Source: Phycisphaerales bacterium
GTDB lineage: Bacteria > Planctomycetota > Phycisphaerae > Sedimentisphaerales > Anaerohalosphaeraceae
Assembly: GCA_011055475.1 (NCBI GenBank)
Contig: DSDH01000573.1
Coordinates: 1 to 36,885 of the forward strand
Length of the DNA stretch: 36,885 bases
Direction of reading: 5' to 3'
Both the position numbers and the translations under genes were made by a program. A model generated the notes under the pieces. It saw only the letters and a program-made list of their open reading frames with translations, did no database searches and had not been told where the DNA came from. This document shows, piece by piece, positions 28,814-36,885 of the stretch (positions are counted from its first letter, which is position 1; each line of letters starts with the position of its first letter).

Positions 28814-31800
28814 TCAATCAGGGGTCGTCTTGAGCCAGGATTGGGCCAGCAGGGCCAGGTCGCTCAGGTCCACGCGGCCATCTGCGTTGGCGTCGGCGAA
28901 GAGGGGCGGCTGATCGTCGAGCCAGCCGGCGGCCAACAGGGCCAGGTCGCTCAGATCAACCGGTCCGAAGGCGTCGAGGTTGGCGGCCTCGAAGACGTTG
29001 CGCGGCGTAGTCAGCGTTACGTCGAGCGTGGCCGTGCGGGCCAGGCTGCTGCGCGAGGCGGCGGCGGCACGGATGCGGGCGCGGTCACCGACGGGGCCGG
29101 TGGCGGCCAGCGTGAAGGTGGTCTGTTGCGTCTGGCCGGCCTTGAGATCGCCAAGCGATCGGGGGTGGCTGCCGCTGACGTACACGGGGGCGATGGCCGG
29201 CTCCGTGGGCACTTGGCCCTGGTAGTAGGCGGGCTCGCCGAAAACGGCGCCAATCATGATGTTGCCGCAGAACTGCGGGTCCCAGTCACAGAAGCCATCC
29301 AGGTTGAACCAGCCCCCCAGCAGGTCGAGGTAGGCCCACGTGCGTTTCTGCCGTGTACTGTTGGTGTCGAAACCGACCTGGTTGTTGCGGGTGTCTTCGA
29401 GCTGCCGCCAGCCGATGTAGAGGTCGCCTGCGTTGAGCGTGATGTTGCGGTCGCTCACATCCACGTCGAACCATTGGACATCGTGTGGCCCCGTGACCAC
29501 CGGGTAGACGACAAACGGCGGGATCAGCTCCGTTCCCGGCATTCGGACCGAGGGGTTGTCCGGGTCGGTCGGCCCATTCGCGGCCCAGATGTGCAGCTCG
29601 AAGGGGTACGCGGTCTTGTCGTAGATGAAAAAGCGGGCCTTTTGCAGGGTCGCCGGATAGCTTGCGGGCGTGATCCGCGCGGCCACGTAGGCATCGCTGG
29701 CGCCGATCTCGCCGTAGTCCTCGGCCGAGCCGTCATCGTAGCGGATTTCCACGGGCTCATTGACGCCCAGCCAGACCCGTACATCGGAGCACTCGGCCTC
29801 GATGCATTCGACCTCGCTGGTCACGGTGAAAGTGGTCCCCTTGGGTGCATCAACCGGGCCGGCCGGTGCGACGTGCCGGGCCAGGATCCGGCCCCACGGA
29901 ACGTCCCACGTAACGCTCATCTCGGCGGTGTTGTCGTCATCATCCCTTGCGACGGCCCGAACGACCCATTGGCCCGAGTCCTCGATAAGCAGGTTCACAT
30001 CGGGCACGATGAAGTGTTCGCCGTCCCATGCGGCGTCGGCGTCGATCCACGTCCGGTCATCGGGCAGGTTCCGGGCGATAATTCGCACGTGCGGCACCTG
30101 CTGCGGGTCGCGGGCGGCCACACGGATGGCGTCAATGCGCCGCCCGTAGGTGGCCTTGTGGCAGTCACCCCACTGGGCGTCGATGAGGCACTGGATCTCT
30201 TCGACAACCGGCCTGTTGGGATCGTCCACGGTCACCAGGACTTCATCGTTGGCGGCGGGGCCGAGGCTGCCCACGGCTGATACGCGCACGCGGTATCGAC
30301 CGGGCGACAGGGCCTGAACCGCCCAAGCGGCGCTGCCGGAGGTCGCGCCGCTGCGCAGGTGCACCTCCAGCGTCGGCGGTGTCGTCGAGGCGGCGCCGGC
30401 CAGCGTGAACAGGGCATTCTCATCCTGTTCGATGATCAACAGCCCCAGGCGCCGGGCCGGGCTGTTCAGGGCGTCCTCGACCGCGGGCCGCAGTTGGATG
30501 CGCCGCGGGCCGGGTTGCTCGGCGCCGAAGGTCTTGACGGGGTTGGCCAGGTTGGAGTAGGGCGCATCCGGCGCGTGGTAGATCGTGTAGGCGCCGGTCC
30601 CGGGGCCGTAGGTGTTGTCGACGAGGCGGACCTGGCCGACGGCGTCCTCGGCAGAATCCACAATGTTCAGGTTGAGGACGGCCGCGTCAATCGCGGCGTC
30701 GGTGGGCAAGGCACTCAGGTCGAACTGCATATAGTAGCGGTGCACCCAGTCGTTGTCCGGGTCGAGCGGGTAGCGGGCGATCAGCTCCAGTGTGTTGAAG
30801 CTGAGCATGTCGAATTCGCCGACGTCGATGCTTCGCAGCTTGATGTAATTGGTCTGGCCGGGCCGCAGATCGGCCAGGACGGCCGGGTCGCTGGAGACGA
30901 ACCAGCAGTCGGGCGGCGGGGGCTCGCCGCCACCGCCGCTGATGGGGGTGCACTCGTCGATGAGGTGCCATTCGTTGCCGTTCGGGTCGCACGTGTAGAT
31001 CTGCCATCGGCTGGGCGGATCGTCAAACTGCAGGACGACGTAGTGCTCCATGCGAATGCGGATCTCCTCCGGCTGGCCGGGCGGCAGCTCGAAGGCATAC
31101 ACCTTCTGGGCATCCTCACTCACGGCGCCGACGCCGTCCTCGGGCTCAAGGTCGCCGGTGGAGTACTCGGTGACCATGGTGGAGCCCACGGGGGCGATAG
31201 CGGGCGCATCGTTTCGGGTGTAGGTCTCTTCGGAGATGTCGCGCCGCACGTGGGTGTCGTAGGAGACGGCCAGGGGCCCCGGCGCGGGGCCGGGCTCGCC
31301 GCCGTCCGGTGCGGCCATATCGAGGGGCACCCTTTGCGACACGACCAGCCGTGGCGGTGTCTCACTTGTCAGACCGCCCAGAAGGAACTTGCGGTCATTG
31401 CCCTGTTCGCGGATGGACAACGTCAGGCGGTCCATACCGGCGTCCAGGGCCTCCGCAACCGCCGCACGGAGGTTGATGGTCAGCGTTGCGATCTGCTCGG
31501 CGCCGAACGTCTTGAGGGGATTGACCAGGGTCGAGTAGGCCGGAGCGCCGGCGTTATACAGCGACTCAGCGTCATCATCGGGTTCGAGCGCGGGGTCGAC
31601 CAAGTGGATCTCGCCGACGGCGGTCTCGGCCCCGGCCGGGATCGTCAGGCTCAGTCGGGCCGCCGTGACCTCGTAGTTCGGGTCGATCCCGGCCAGGTCG
31701 AACTGCACGATATAGCGGTGCACGTCGTCGAAGGCGGGATCGATTTCGTACTCGACGTGGACGTAGATATTGTTGAAGGCCAGATGGTCGTCGGCATCGA

Positions 31801-34282
31801 CACCGAAGCTGCTGAGCCGCAGATGGTTGACGCCGCCGGGATTCAACGCCGCCAGCACGGCCGGATCGCTCGTCACGAACCAGCAGTCCGGCGAGGGCGG
31901 TTCGCCGCCTCCACCCGAAGGCGGAATGCACTCGCCCACCAGGCCCAGCGGTGTTCCGTCGGCCATGCACAGCTCCACGCGCCACCCGGCGGGCGGGTCG
32001 TCCCATTGAAAGACGAAGAAGTGCTCCATTTGGACCAGAAGCCGGCTGGGGTCGCCCGCGGGAATTGTGAACTCGTAGATCTTCTGCGCATCCTCCCCGA
32101 TGGCGCCGAGGCCATCCTCCGGTTCAAGATCGCCGCTGGTATAGCTCAGGGCCAGGTCGGACCCGATGACGGCCGTCTCGGGCGAGGGAATCTTGGCGAA
32201 GGTCTGATCGGTCAAATCATGAACCGTCTCGACGTCGAAGCGGGCGGGGGCCTCGGTCTCGAGCGTGACGCCGCTGAGTGCCCCGATGGCGACGGGATTG
32301 GGATTCTCGGTCGCCAAGGGGGACTCAAGACCCAGCGGAAAGAACATGCCGTTGGGATCGTTTGCCTCCGCCCACTCGGCCAGCACATTGACTTCACCGC
32401 AGCCGTCGCCGCCAAGGCAGGTCACCGCCGCGGCCAGGTCAAACACCTGGTTCTGTAAGACGCTTGATGGATCGTTGGGATCGGTGATCTCGACGGCCAG
32501 CTCGCCCGCGGCGGCGGGCAGACTGTCGAGGGCCTTTTCCAGGTCGATGCGACCCCATCCGTAGATATTGTCCCAGCCGGGCGCCCCCAGGTCGAGGGCG
32601 GTGGATTGCAGCAGTTCCTTGACCTGGGTGGCGGTCAGTTGCGGGTTGGCTTCGAGCAGCAGGGCGGCGGCGGCGGTGACGTGCGGGGCGGCCATGCTGG
32701 TGCCGACGGCCCGGATGTAGAGGTCGCCCTCGACAAGAAACCAGTTATCATAGCACATCTCGGCCAGATTATACATGCACAGGTCCGGGTTCTGGGCGAC
32801 CAGCGTGCTGTAGGCCGAGACAATCTCGGGGTAGTGCTCTCCCCCCAACTGGTCTCCACCGGGCGCGACGAGGTCCAATTCTTTGCCGCCATCGGAATAA
32901 GAGGCGATCCCGTCCAGCTTGTCCACGGCGCCGACGGCGATCGCCTTGGAGGCACACGCCGGCGAGACGATCTCGTGGGGATTGCCGTCATTGCCCGAGG
33001 CACAGACGACAACGGCGCCCGCGTCGACGGCGGCGTTGACGGCCTGGGCCATCTCCGTCCCGTCGCAGGTGTCGGCGTAGAGGCCCTCACCGAGACTCAG
33101 ATTAATCACCCGGGCGCCCTGCTCCACGCACCATTCGATGCCCAAGGCGACGTCGGAGGCGTAGCCGTCGCCGTTGGCTCCGAGCACCTTGGCCGCGAGG
33201 ATATCCGCGTCGTAGCTGATGCCACGATAGGTCAAGCCCTGCGAGGCGATGATACCCGCGACGTGGGTGCCGTGGCCGTTGTCGTCCATGGCGTCGTCGT
33301 CACCCTCGAAGAAATCGTACTGGGCGACGACCTTGTTGCGCAGCATCGGATGCGACCAGTCGACACCGGTATCCACGACGCAGACCTTGACGCCCTGGCC
33401 GGTGACGGCGTTGTCCCAGGCGTAGTCGGCCCGGATCTGCCCCGCGGTGTCGGCGATCAGGGCACGAACCACCGGATCGGGCTTGGCGTTCTTGAAGCCG
33501 GGCAGAGACGCCAGGCGATCCAGCCGATCCGGGGGGATCTCCAGCACGATGCGGTTTTTCCACCGGCCGTAGTTGTGGATGATGCGGGCGCCGATCCGCC
33601 GGGCCGCACGGTCAAGCTCTCGGCGGCGGCCTTCCCTAACGGCGGGCGCTGCCTTCCGGACGGCGTGGGGCGGCTCATCGAGCTCGACAATGAAGCGCTG
33701 AGGCACCTGCCACGTGCCAGCCCGCCTTTGCAGCCGGTCGGCGGCGCGAGGGCCGCGATCCGGAGGCCGGGCGGACAGGTCCGATAAGGTACGAGCGTCA
33801 TCCTCAATCAGGGCAACGGCCAGGGCTTCTGACAGACGGCCCCGGTAGACGATCTCGCCCTCGGCGTCAATGCCGATGCAGGTGGGCACGGCGTGTACCC
33901 CGTAGCGCGACGCAACCAGGCCATCGACATCGACGAGCACCTCGTAGGTCATGTGCTGGCCGAAGTAGTGGTCGAGCACGTCGTTTAGAGGCTGGCGGAC
34001 GGCGATGAAGACCACAGCGAGGCGGTCGGCGTACTGTTCGTGCAATTCGGCCAGCAGGCCCACGGCGTCCTGGCAGTGCGGGCAGTGGGTGTTACCGAAC
34101 AGCAGAATCGCGGGTTGCCCGGCCAGGTCGGCCAGTCTCACGGTCGGTCCGCTGAGACTGGGCAGGGCGAAATCCCAAGCGGCGGCTTGGGCGCACACGC
34201 CAGTCGTGAACCCCATCAGGACCGCGACCAGGGTGACCAGGAAAGGCGTGACGCATCGGTTTGTCGCACCCTCGGCGGGCAT
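28814..34282 (-). CDS. 1822-aa secreted multidomain S8 subtilase: signal peptide, TlpA/thioredoxin domain, propeptide, S8 domain, duplicated beta-rich modules, dockerin-like C-terminus
   Basis: CPHC..VPT thioredoxin fold. S8 triad VDTG, HGTHVAG and GTSMAAPHV, with ASGN oxyanion motif. Two ~300-aa repeats. Twin Ca-loop repeats NLDAFGPVDLSDLALLAAGWL and DANADGRVDLSDLALLAQSWL. Confidence 0.88.
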   Translation of the reverse strand: MPAEGATNRCVTPFLVTLVAVLMGFTTGVCAQAAAWDFALPSLSGPTVRLADLAGQPAILLFGNTHCPHCQDAVGLLAELHEQYADRLAVVFIAVRQPLNDVLDHYFGQHMTYEVLVDVDGLVASRYGVHAVPTCIGIDAEGEIVYRGRLSEALAVALIEDDARTLSDLSARPPDRGPRAADRLQRRAGTWQVPQRFIVELDEPPHAVRKAAPAVREGRRRELDRAARRIGARIIHNYGRWKNRIVLEIPPDRLDRLASLPGFKNAKPDPVVRALIADTAGQIRADYAWDNAVTGQGVKVCVVDTGVDWSHPMLRNKVVAQYDFFEGDDDAMDDNGHGTHVAGIIASQGLTYRGISYDADILAAKVLGANGDGYASDVALGIEWCVEQGARVINLSLGEGLYADTCDGTEMAQAVNAAVDAGAVVVCASGNDGNPHEIVSPACASKAIAVGAVDKLDGIASYSDGGKELDLVAPGGDQLGGEHYPEIVSAYSTLVAQNPDLCMYNLAEMCYDNWFLVEGDLYIRAVGTSMAAPHVTAAAALLLEANPQLTATQVKELLQSTALDLGAPGWDNIYGWGRIDLEKALDSLPAAAGELAVEITDPNDPSSVLQNQVFDLAAAVTCLGGDGCGEVNVLAEWAEANDPNGMFFPLGLESPLATENPNPVAIGALSGVTLETEAPARFDVETVHDLTDQTFAKIPSPETAVIGSDLALSYTSGDLEPEDGLGAIGEDAQKIYEFTIPAGDPSRLLVQMEHFFVFQWDDPPAGWRVELCMADGTPLGLVGECIPPSGGGGEPPSPDCWFVTSDPAVLAALNPGGVNHLRLSSFGVDADDHLAFNNIYVHVEYEIDPAFDDVHRYIVQFDLAGIDPNYEVTAARLSLTIPAGAETAVGEIHLVDPALEPDDDAESLYNAGAPAYSTLVNPLKTFGAEQIATLTINLRAAVAEALDAGMDRLTLSIREQGNDRKFLLGGLTSETPPRLVVSQRVPLDMAAPDGGEPGPAPGPLAVSYDTHVRRDISEETYTRNDAPAIAPVGSTMVTEYSTGDLEPEDGVGAVSEDAQKVYAFELPPGQPEEIRIRMEHYVVLQFDDPPSRWQIYTCDPNGNEWHLIDECTPISGGGGEPPPPDCWFVSSDPAVLADLRPGQTNYIKLRSIDVGEFDMLSFNTLELIARYPLDPDNDWVHRYYMQFDLSALPTDAAIDAAVLNLNIVDSAEDAVGQVRLVDNTYGPGTGAYTIYHAPDAPYSNLANPVKTFGAEQPGPRRIQLRPAVEDALNSPARRLGLLIIEQDENALFTLAGAASTTPPTLEVHLRSGATSGSAAWAVQALSPGRYRVRVSAVGSLGPAANDEVLVTVDDPNRPVVEEIQCLIDAQWGDCHKATYGRRIDAIRVAARDPQQVPHVRIIARNLPDDRTWIDADAAWDGEHFIVPDVNLLIEDSGQWVVRAVARDDDDNTAEMSVTWDVPWGRILARHVAPAGPVDAPKGTTFTVTSEVECIEAECSDVRVWLGVNEPVEIRYDDGSAEDYGEIGASDAYVAARITPASYPATLQKARFFIYDKTAYPFELHIWAANGPTDPDNPSVRMPGTELIPPFVVYPVVTGPHDVQWFDVDVSDRNITLNAGDLYIGWRQLEDTRNNQVGFDTNSTRQKRTWAYLDLLGGWFNLDGFCDWDPQFCGNIMIGAVFGEPAYYQGQVPTEPAIAPVYVSGSHPRSLGDLKAGQTQQTTFTLAATGPVGDRARIRAAAASRSSLARTATLDVTLTTPRNVFEAANLDAFGPVDLSDLALLAAGWLDDQPPLFADANADGRVDLSDLALLAQSWLKTTPD
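30353..32240 (-). repeat. Tandem intragenic protein repeat (two copies, period 978 nt / 326 aa)
   Basis: Shared blocks GDLEPEDG, EDAQK.Y, MEH, DDPP..W, SGGGGEPP.PDCWFV.SDPAVLA, VHRY..QFDL, NP.KTFGAEQ and PP.L.V. Offset measured between the GDLEPEDG codons at 32134 and 31156. Confidence 0.9.
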
Positions 34283-34326
34283 ACTCTCTCTCCGGCGGGG
34301 ATTCCTGCACTACGGCCCCACATATT

Positions 34327-34358
34327 ATGATACCTTCTTGCTGCTTGTGGAGCAAGCA
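34327..34358 (-). promoter_or_regulatory. Possible promoter for the subtilase gene with a palindrome over the -35
   Basis: Minus strand TTGCTC-17 nt-TATCAT. Inverted repeat TGCTTG-N5-CAAGCA at 34342-34358. Confidence 0.45.
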
Positions 34359-34559
34359 TCAGCCATCTCGCAACACCGACGGTCGGCCCTAACCTCTTTT
34401 TTGAAAAGTCTTTACGAGTATCGGCGATCGGGCCGCCCCACATAAGACCGGGCAGGAAGCGTCGCAGGGTCCCGGGAGGTTTTTGTTCAACCGGCGCCGG
34501 GTTCAAGCCGATATGCCCCGGCAGTGGGATCGTACACGCCAAGCGTGAAGGAGACGTTT

Positions 34560-34904
34560 ATGGGCATTCAGAATTGGTCGGAAAACATCATCCTGGTGAA
34601 CCTGGCGGCTGAGCCGGACATGGGCGAGGAGCTGCAGACGGTCATTGACCAGATCAACGACCGCACTGACCAGGACGTGGTGATCGACTTTGCCGACGTG
34701 GACATCGTGACCTCTTCAAGCATCGCCAAGCTGCTCAAGTTGCGCAAATCTCTGGCCGGCAACGGGCGTCGCCTGGTCTTCTCCAGTGTTTCGCCCAAGA
34801 CGAGGAGCATCTTCGTGGTGACCGGCCTGGACAACGTGTTTGAGTTCGTGGACGATGCGTTTTGCGCCCTGGCGGGTCTGCAGATGGTCGGTTCGGCGGA
34901 GTGA
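34560..34904 (+). CDS. STAS domain anti-sigma factor antagonist
   Basis: VVIDFADVDIVTSSSIAKLL and IFVVTGLD.VF. RBS GAAGGAG. Confidence 0.88.
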   Translation: MGIQNWSENIILVNLAAEPDMGEELQTVIDQINDRTDQDVVIDFADVDIVTSSSIAKLLKLRKSLAGNGRRLVFSSVSPKTRSIFVVTGLDNVFEFVDDAFCALAGLQMVGSAE

Positions 34905-34923
34905 AACGGCCCGCCAAAGGAGG

Positions 34924-34952
34924 TTGACAGGAGCGGGATGTCCGTCTAAGCT
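34924..34952 (+). promoter_or_regulatory. Sigma70-type promoter for rnc
   Basis: TTGACA-17 nt-TAAGCT. Confidence 0.75.
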
Positions 34953-34975
34953 GTCGGCAGTGGTGTTGTGGTTGA

Positions 34976-35026
34976 GCGAGCGCATTGCGAAGGCCGCCGG
35001 ACGGGCGGTTTTCGTAATCCGCTTGC
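34976..35026 (+). promoter_or_regulatory. 22-bp stem-loop in the rnc 5' UTR, candidate RNase III autoregulatory site
   Basis: GCGAGCG-C-ATTGCGAAGGCCGCC-GGACG-GGCGGTTTTCGTAAT-C-CGCTTGC gives 7 + 15 bp with G-U pairs and one C.C mismatch. Confidence 0.65.
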
Positions 35027-35047
35027 GTCTGACGGACAGGACAGAGC

Positions 35048-35743
35048 ATGGACGAGCAGGCGTTGCAGGCGGTGGAGGAGTGCATCGGCTATTCCTTCCG
35101 CGACCGGCGGTTTCTCATCGAGGCGTTATCGCATTCCAGCCAGAGCGACAGCCGCCTGGCCAGCAATGAGCGACTGGAGTTCCTGGGGGACGCGGTGCTG
35201 GGGCTGGTCGTGTGCGAGACGTTGTTCAACCGGTTTCCGGATTACCTGGAGGGGGATCTGACGAAGATCAAGAGCATGCTCGTATCCCGCAAGACCTGCG
35301 CGCGGCTGAGTAACAGCCTGGAGCTGACGCGGTTCATTCAGGTGGGTAAGGGGATGGAGCTCACGCGGGCGATGACCGGCTCGATTGCCGCGGGGACGCT
35401 GGAAGCGGTAATCGCCGCCGTCTACCTGGACGGCGGATTGGAGCCCGCCCGAAGATTCCTCGAGTCTTTGTACGCCGAGTTGCTCGACAGGGCCGATGCC
35501 AACCAACACCAGGACAACTACAAATCGGTCCTGCAGCAGTACGCCCAGCATGAGTTCGGCGCCACACCCATCTACGAGTTGCTCGACGAGAAGGGCCCGG
35601 ACCACAACAAGTGCTTCGAGGTGGCCGTGTTCATCGGGGATCGGCACTTCCCTAGCGCCTGGGGGGTGACCAAGAAGGAGGCCGAGCAGCGGGCCGCCCG
35701 CAACGTGCTGGTGGAGCTTGGGCAGATCGGACCGGACGATTGA
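35048..35743 (+). CDS. rnc: Ribonuclease III
   Basis: Signature NERLEFLGDAVL, EGDLT, EAVIAAVYLDGG, and dsRBD YKSVLQQ..GPDH..KKEAEQRAA. Confidence 0.97.
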   Translation: MDEQALQAVEECIGYSFRDRRFLIEALSHSSQSDSRLASNERLEFLGDAVLGLVVCETLFNRFPDYLEGDLTKIKSMLVSRKTCARLSNSLELTRFIQVGKGMELTRAMTGSIAAGTLEAVIAAVYLDGGLEPARRFLESLYAELLDRADANQHQDNYKSVLQQYAQHEFGATPIYELLDEKGPDHNKCFEVAVFIGDRHFPSAWGVTKKEAEQRAARNVLVELGQIGPDD

Positions 35744-35796
35744 CGCCGCGACCGTGCCGCCGGACCGATACGGCGGCTTTGAGGGGAGAGAACACC

Positions 35797-36885
35797 ATGC
35801 CGATCCATGATGCGTCGCATCAACGACGCAACCACCTTGTGGTTCTCCTGTTGTGGCCGGCGGCGCTTCTGTGCAGTTGTGCCCATGCCTCGCCCTGGCC
35901 CATCCCCATGGTCGACTTGGCCGACCAGGCCCATCGTCAGGTGATCGTGGACCGCCGGCCGGATCAGTATCTGGGCCATCCCACGACGGTCCTGCTGGAG
36001 GACGGCCGGACGATGCTCATTGTGTATCCCAAGGGCCACGGCCGCGGGGCCATCGTCCTGAGGCGCAGCGACGACGGCGGCAAGACGTGGTCACAGCCGC
36101 TGCCCACGCCGGACAGTTGGGCCACCAGCCTTGAAACGCCGACGATCCACCGCGTCATCGACAAACAGGGCAAGCGGCGGCTGATCGTCTTCTCCGGCCT
36201 GTATCCCATCCGCATGGCGGTTTCGGAAGATGATGGCCGGACATGGTCCGAATTGCGCCCCATCGGCGAGTTCGGCGGCATCGTGGCCATGGCCTCGGTG
36301 GTGCGGCTGAAGAACGGCGACTACATGGCCCTGTTTCACGACGATGGCCGCTTCCTGCATAACGAGGGCCGGCGCACGCGATTTGTCGTCTACAAGACGC
36401 TCAGCACCGACGGCGGCCTGACCTGGAGCGGTCCCGAAGCGGTCGTCTCGCACCCGCAGGCCCACCTGTGCGAGCCCGGTGCCGTCCGGAGCCCGGAGGA
36501 TTCGCAACTGGCGATCCTGTTGCGGGAAAACAGCCGACGGTTCAACTCATTCGTGTCGTTCAGTGACGATGAGGGGCGCTGCTGGTCCACGCCGCGGGAG
36601 CTGCCGGCCACGTTGACGGGGGATCGGCACGTCGCCCGGTACGCCCCCGATGGACGGCTGTTTGTCACCTTCCGCGATACCGCCGCCGAGAGCGACACGC
36701 AGGGCGACTGGGTCGCTTGGGTCGGCACGTATGAGGACATCGTGAAAGGTCGGCCGGGGCAATACCGCGTCCGGCTGATGGACAACCACCACGCCTGGGA
36801 CTGCGCCTATCCGGGGCTGGAGTGTCTGCCGGATGGGACCTTTGTCACCACCACGTATGGGCACTGGACCGAGGGACAGCCGCCC
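35797..36885 (+). CDS. Exported BNR/Asp-box beta-propeller (sialidase-family) protein, 3' end outside the window
   Basis: Manual translation from ATG 35797 (after GAGGGGAG) is open to the window end. Signal/lipobox-like LLCSC. Four Asp boxes: SDDGGKTWS, SEDDGRTWS, STDGGLTWS and SDDEGRCWS. Also LCEP, DRH and CAYP. Not in the ORF track because there is no stop. Confidence 0.85.
   Translation, partial: MPIHDASHQRRNHLVVLLLWPAALLCSCAHASPWPIPMVDLADQAHRQVIVDRRPDQYLGHPTTVLLEDGRTMLIVYPKGHGRGAIVLRRSDDGGKTWSQPLPTPDSWATSLETPTIHRVIDKQGKRRLIVFSGLYPIRMAVSEDDGRTWSELRPIGEFGGIVAMASVVRLKNGDYMALFHDDGRFLHNEGRRTRFVVYKTLSTDGGLTWSGPEAVVSHPQAHLCEPGAVRSPEDSQLAILLRENSRRFNSFVSFSDDEGRCWSTPRELPATLTGDRHVARYAPDGRLFVTFRDTAAESDTQGDWVAWVGTYEDIVKGRPGQYRVRLMDNHHAWDCAYPGLECLPDGTFVTTTYGHWTEGQPP

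Noticed and set aside
30353..32240. Repeat region as a CRISPR array, mobile element or assembly duplication
   Set aside because: The copies are diverged, in frame and conserved at protein level, so this is an old intragenic domain duplication.

Overview
High-GC bacterial chromosomal segment, densely coding, with about 33 genes. No rRNA, tRNA, CRISPR array, transposase or integrase was recognised. An H-X9-DG/DUF4190 protein, a dockerin-like C-terminus ending in 'WL', a Tat-exported aldo/keto reductase and a 2-oxoacid:ferredoxin oxidoreductase suggest an anaerobic Planctomycetota, probably Phycisphaerae-like (inference). Order on the minus strand: rpe (partial), pgk, gap, tilS, TPR lipoprotein, ispD, DUF4190/H-X9-DG protein, class II aldolase, DUF401, Tat-AKR, M19 dipeptidase and C26 hydrolase. 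Next come two tandem cold-shock genes (+), a B12 radical SAM gene (-), and rarA, 5-formyl-THF cyclo-ligase, LysM L,D-transpeptidase, vWA, exbB and exbD (+). These are followed on the minus strand by clpX, a 771-aa helical protein, a second exbD, a Vor-type oxidoreductase operon, a carboxyspermidine/saccharopine dehydrogenase and an 1822-aa thioredoxin-subtilase-dockerin protein. The window ends with STAS, rnc and a partial BNR/sialidase-family gene (+). Best leads: (1) a membrane-anchored vWA protein with a TonB-like S-x3-H transmembrane motif, encoded between an L,D-transpeptidase and exbB-exbD, a candidate PMF-driven envelope machine in which vWA replaces the TonB C-domain; (2) the thioredoxin-fused subtilase with apparently nested domains; (3) a conserved two-hairpin leader with one compensatory base pair shared by both csp genes; (4) a 22-bp hairpin in the rnc 5' UTR resembling an RNase III autoregulatory site. 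All calls come from motif reading by eye; no database searches were run.
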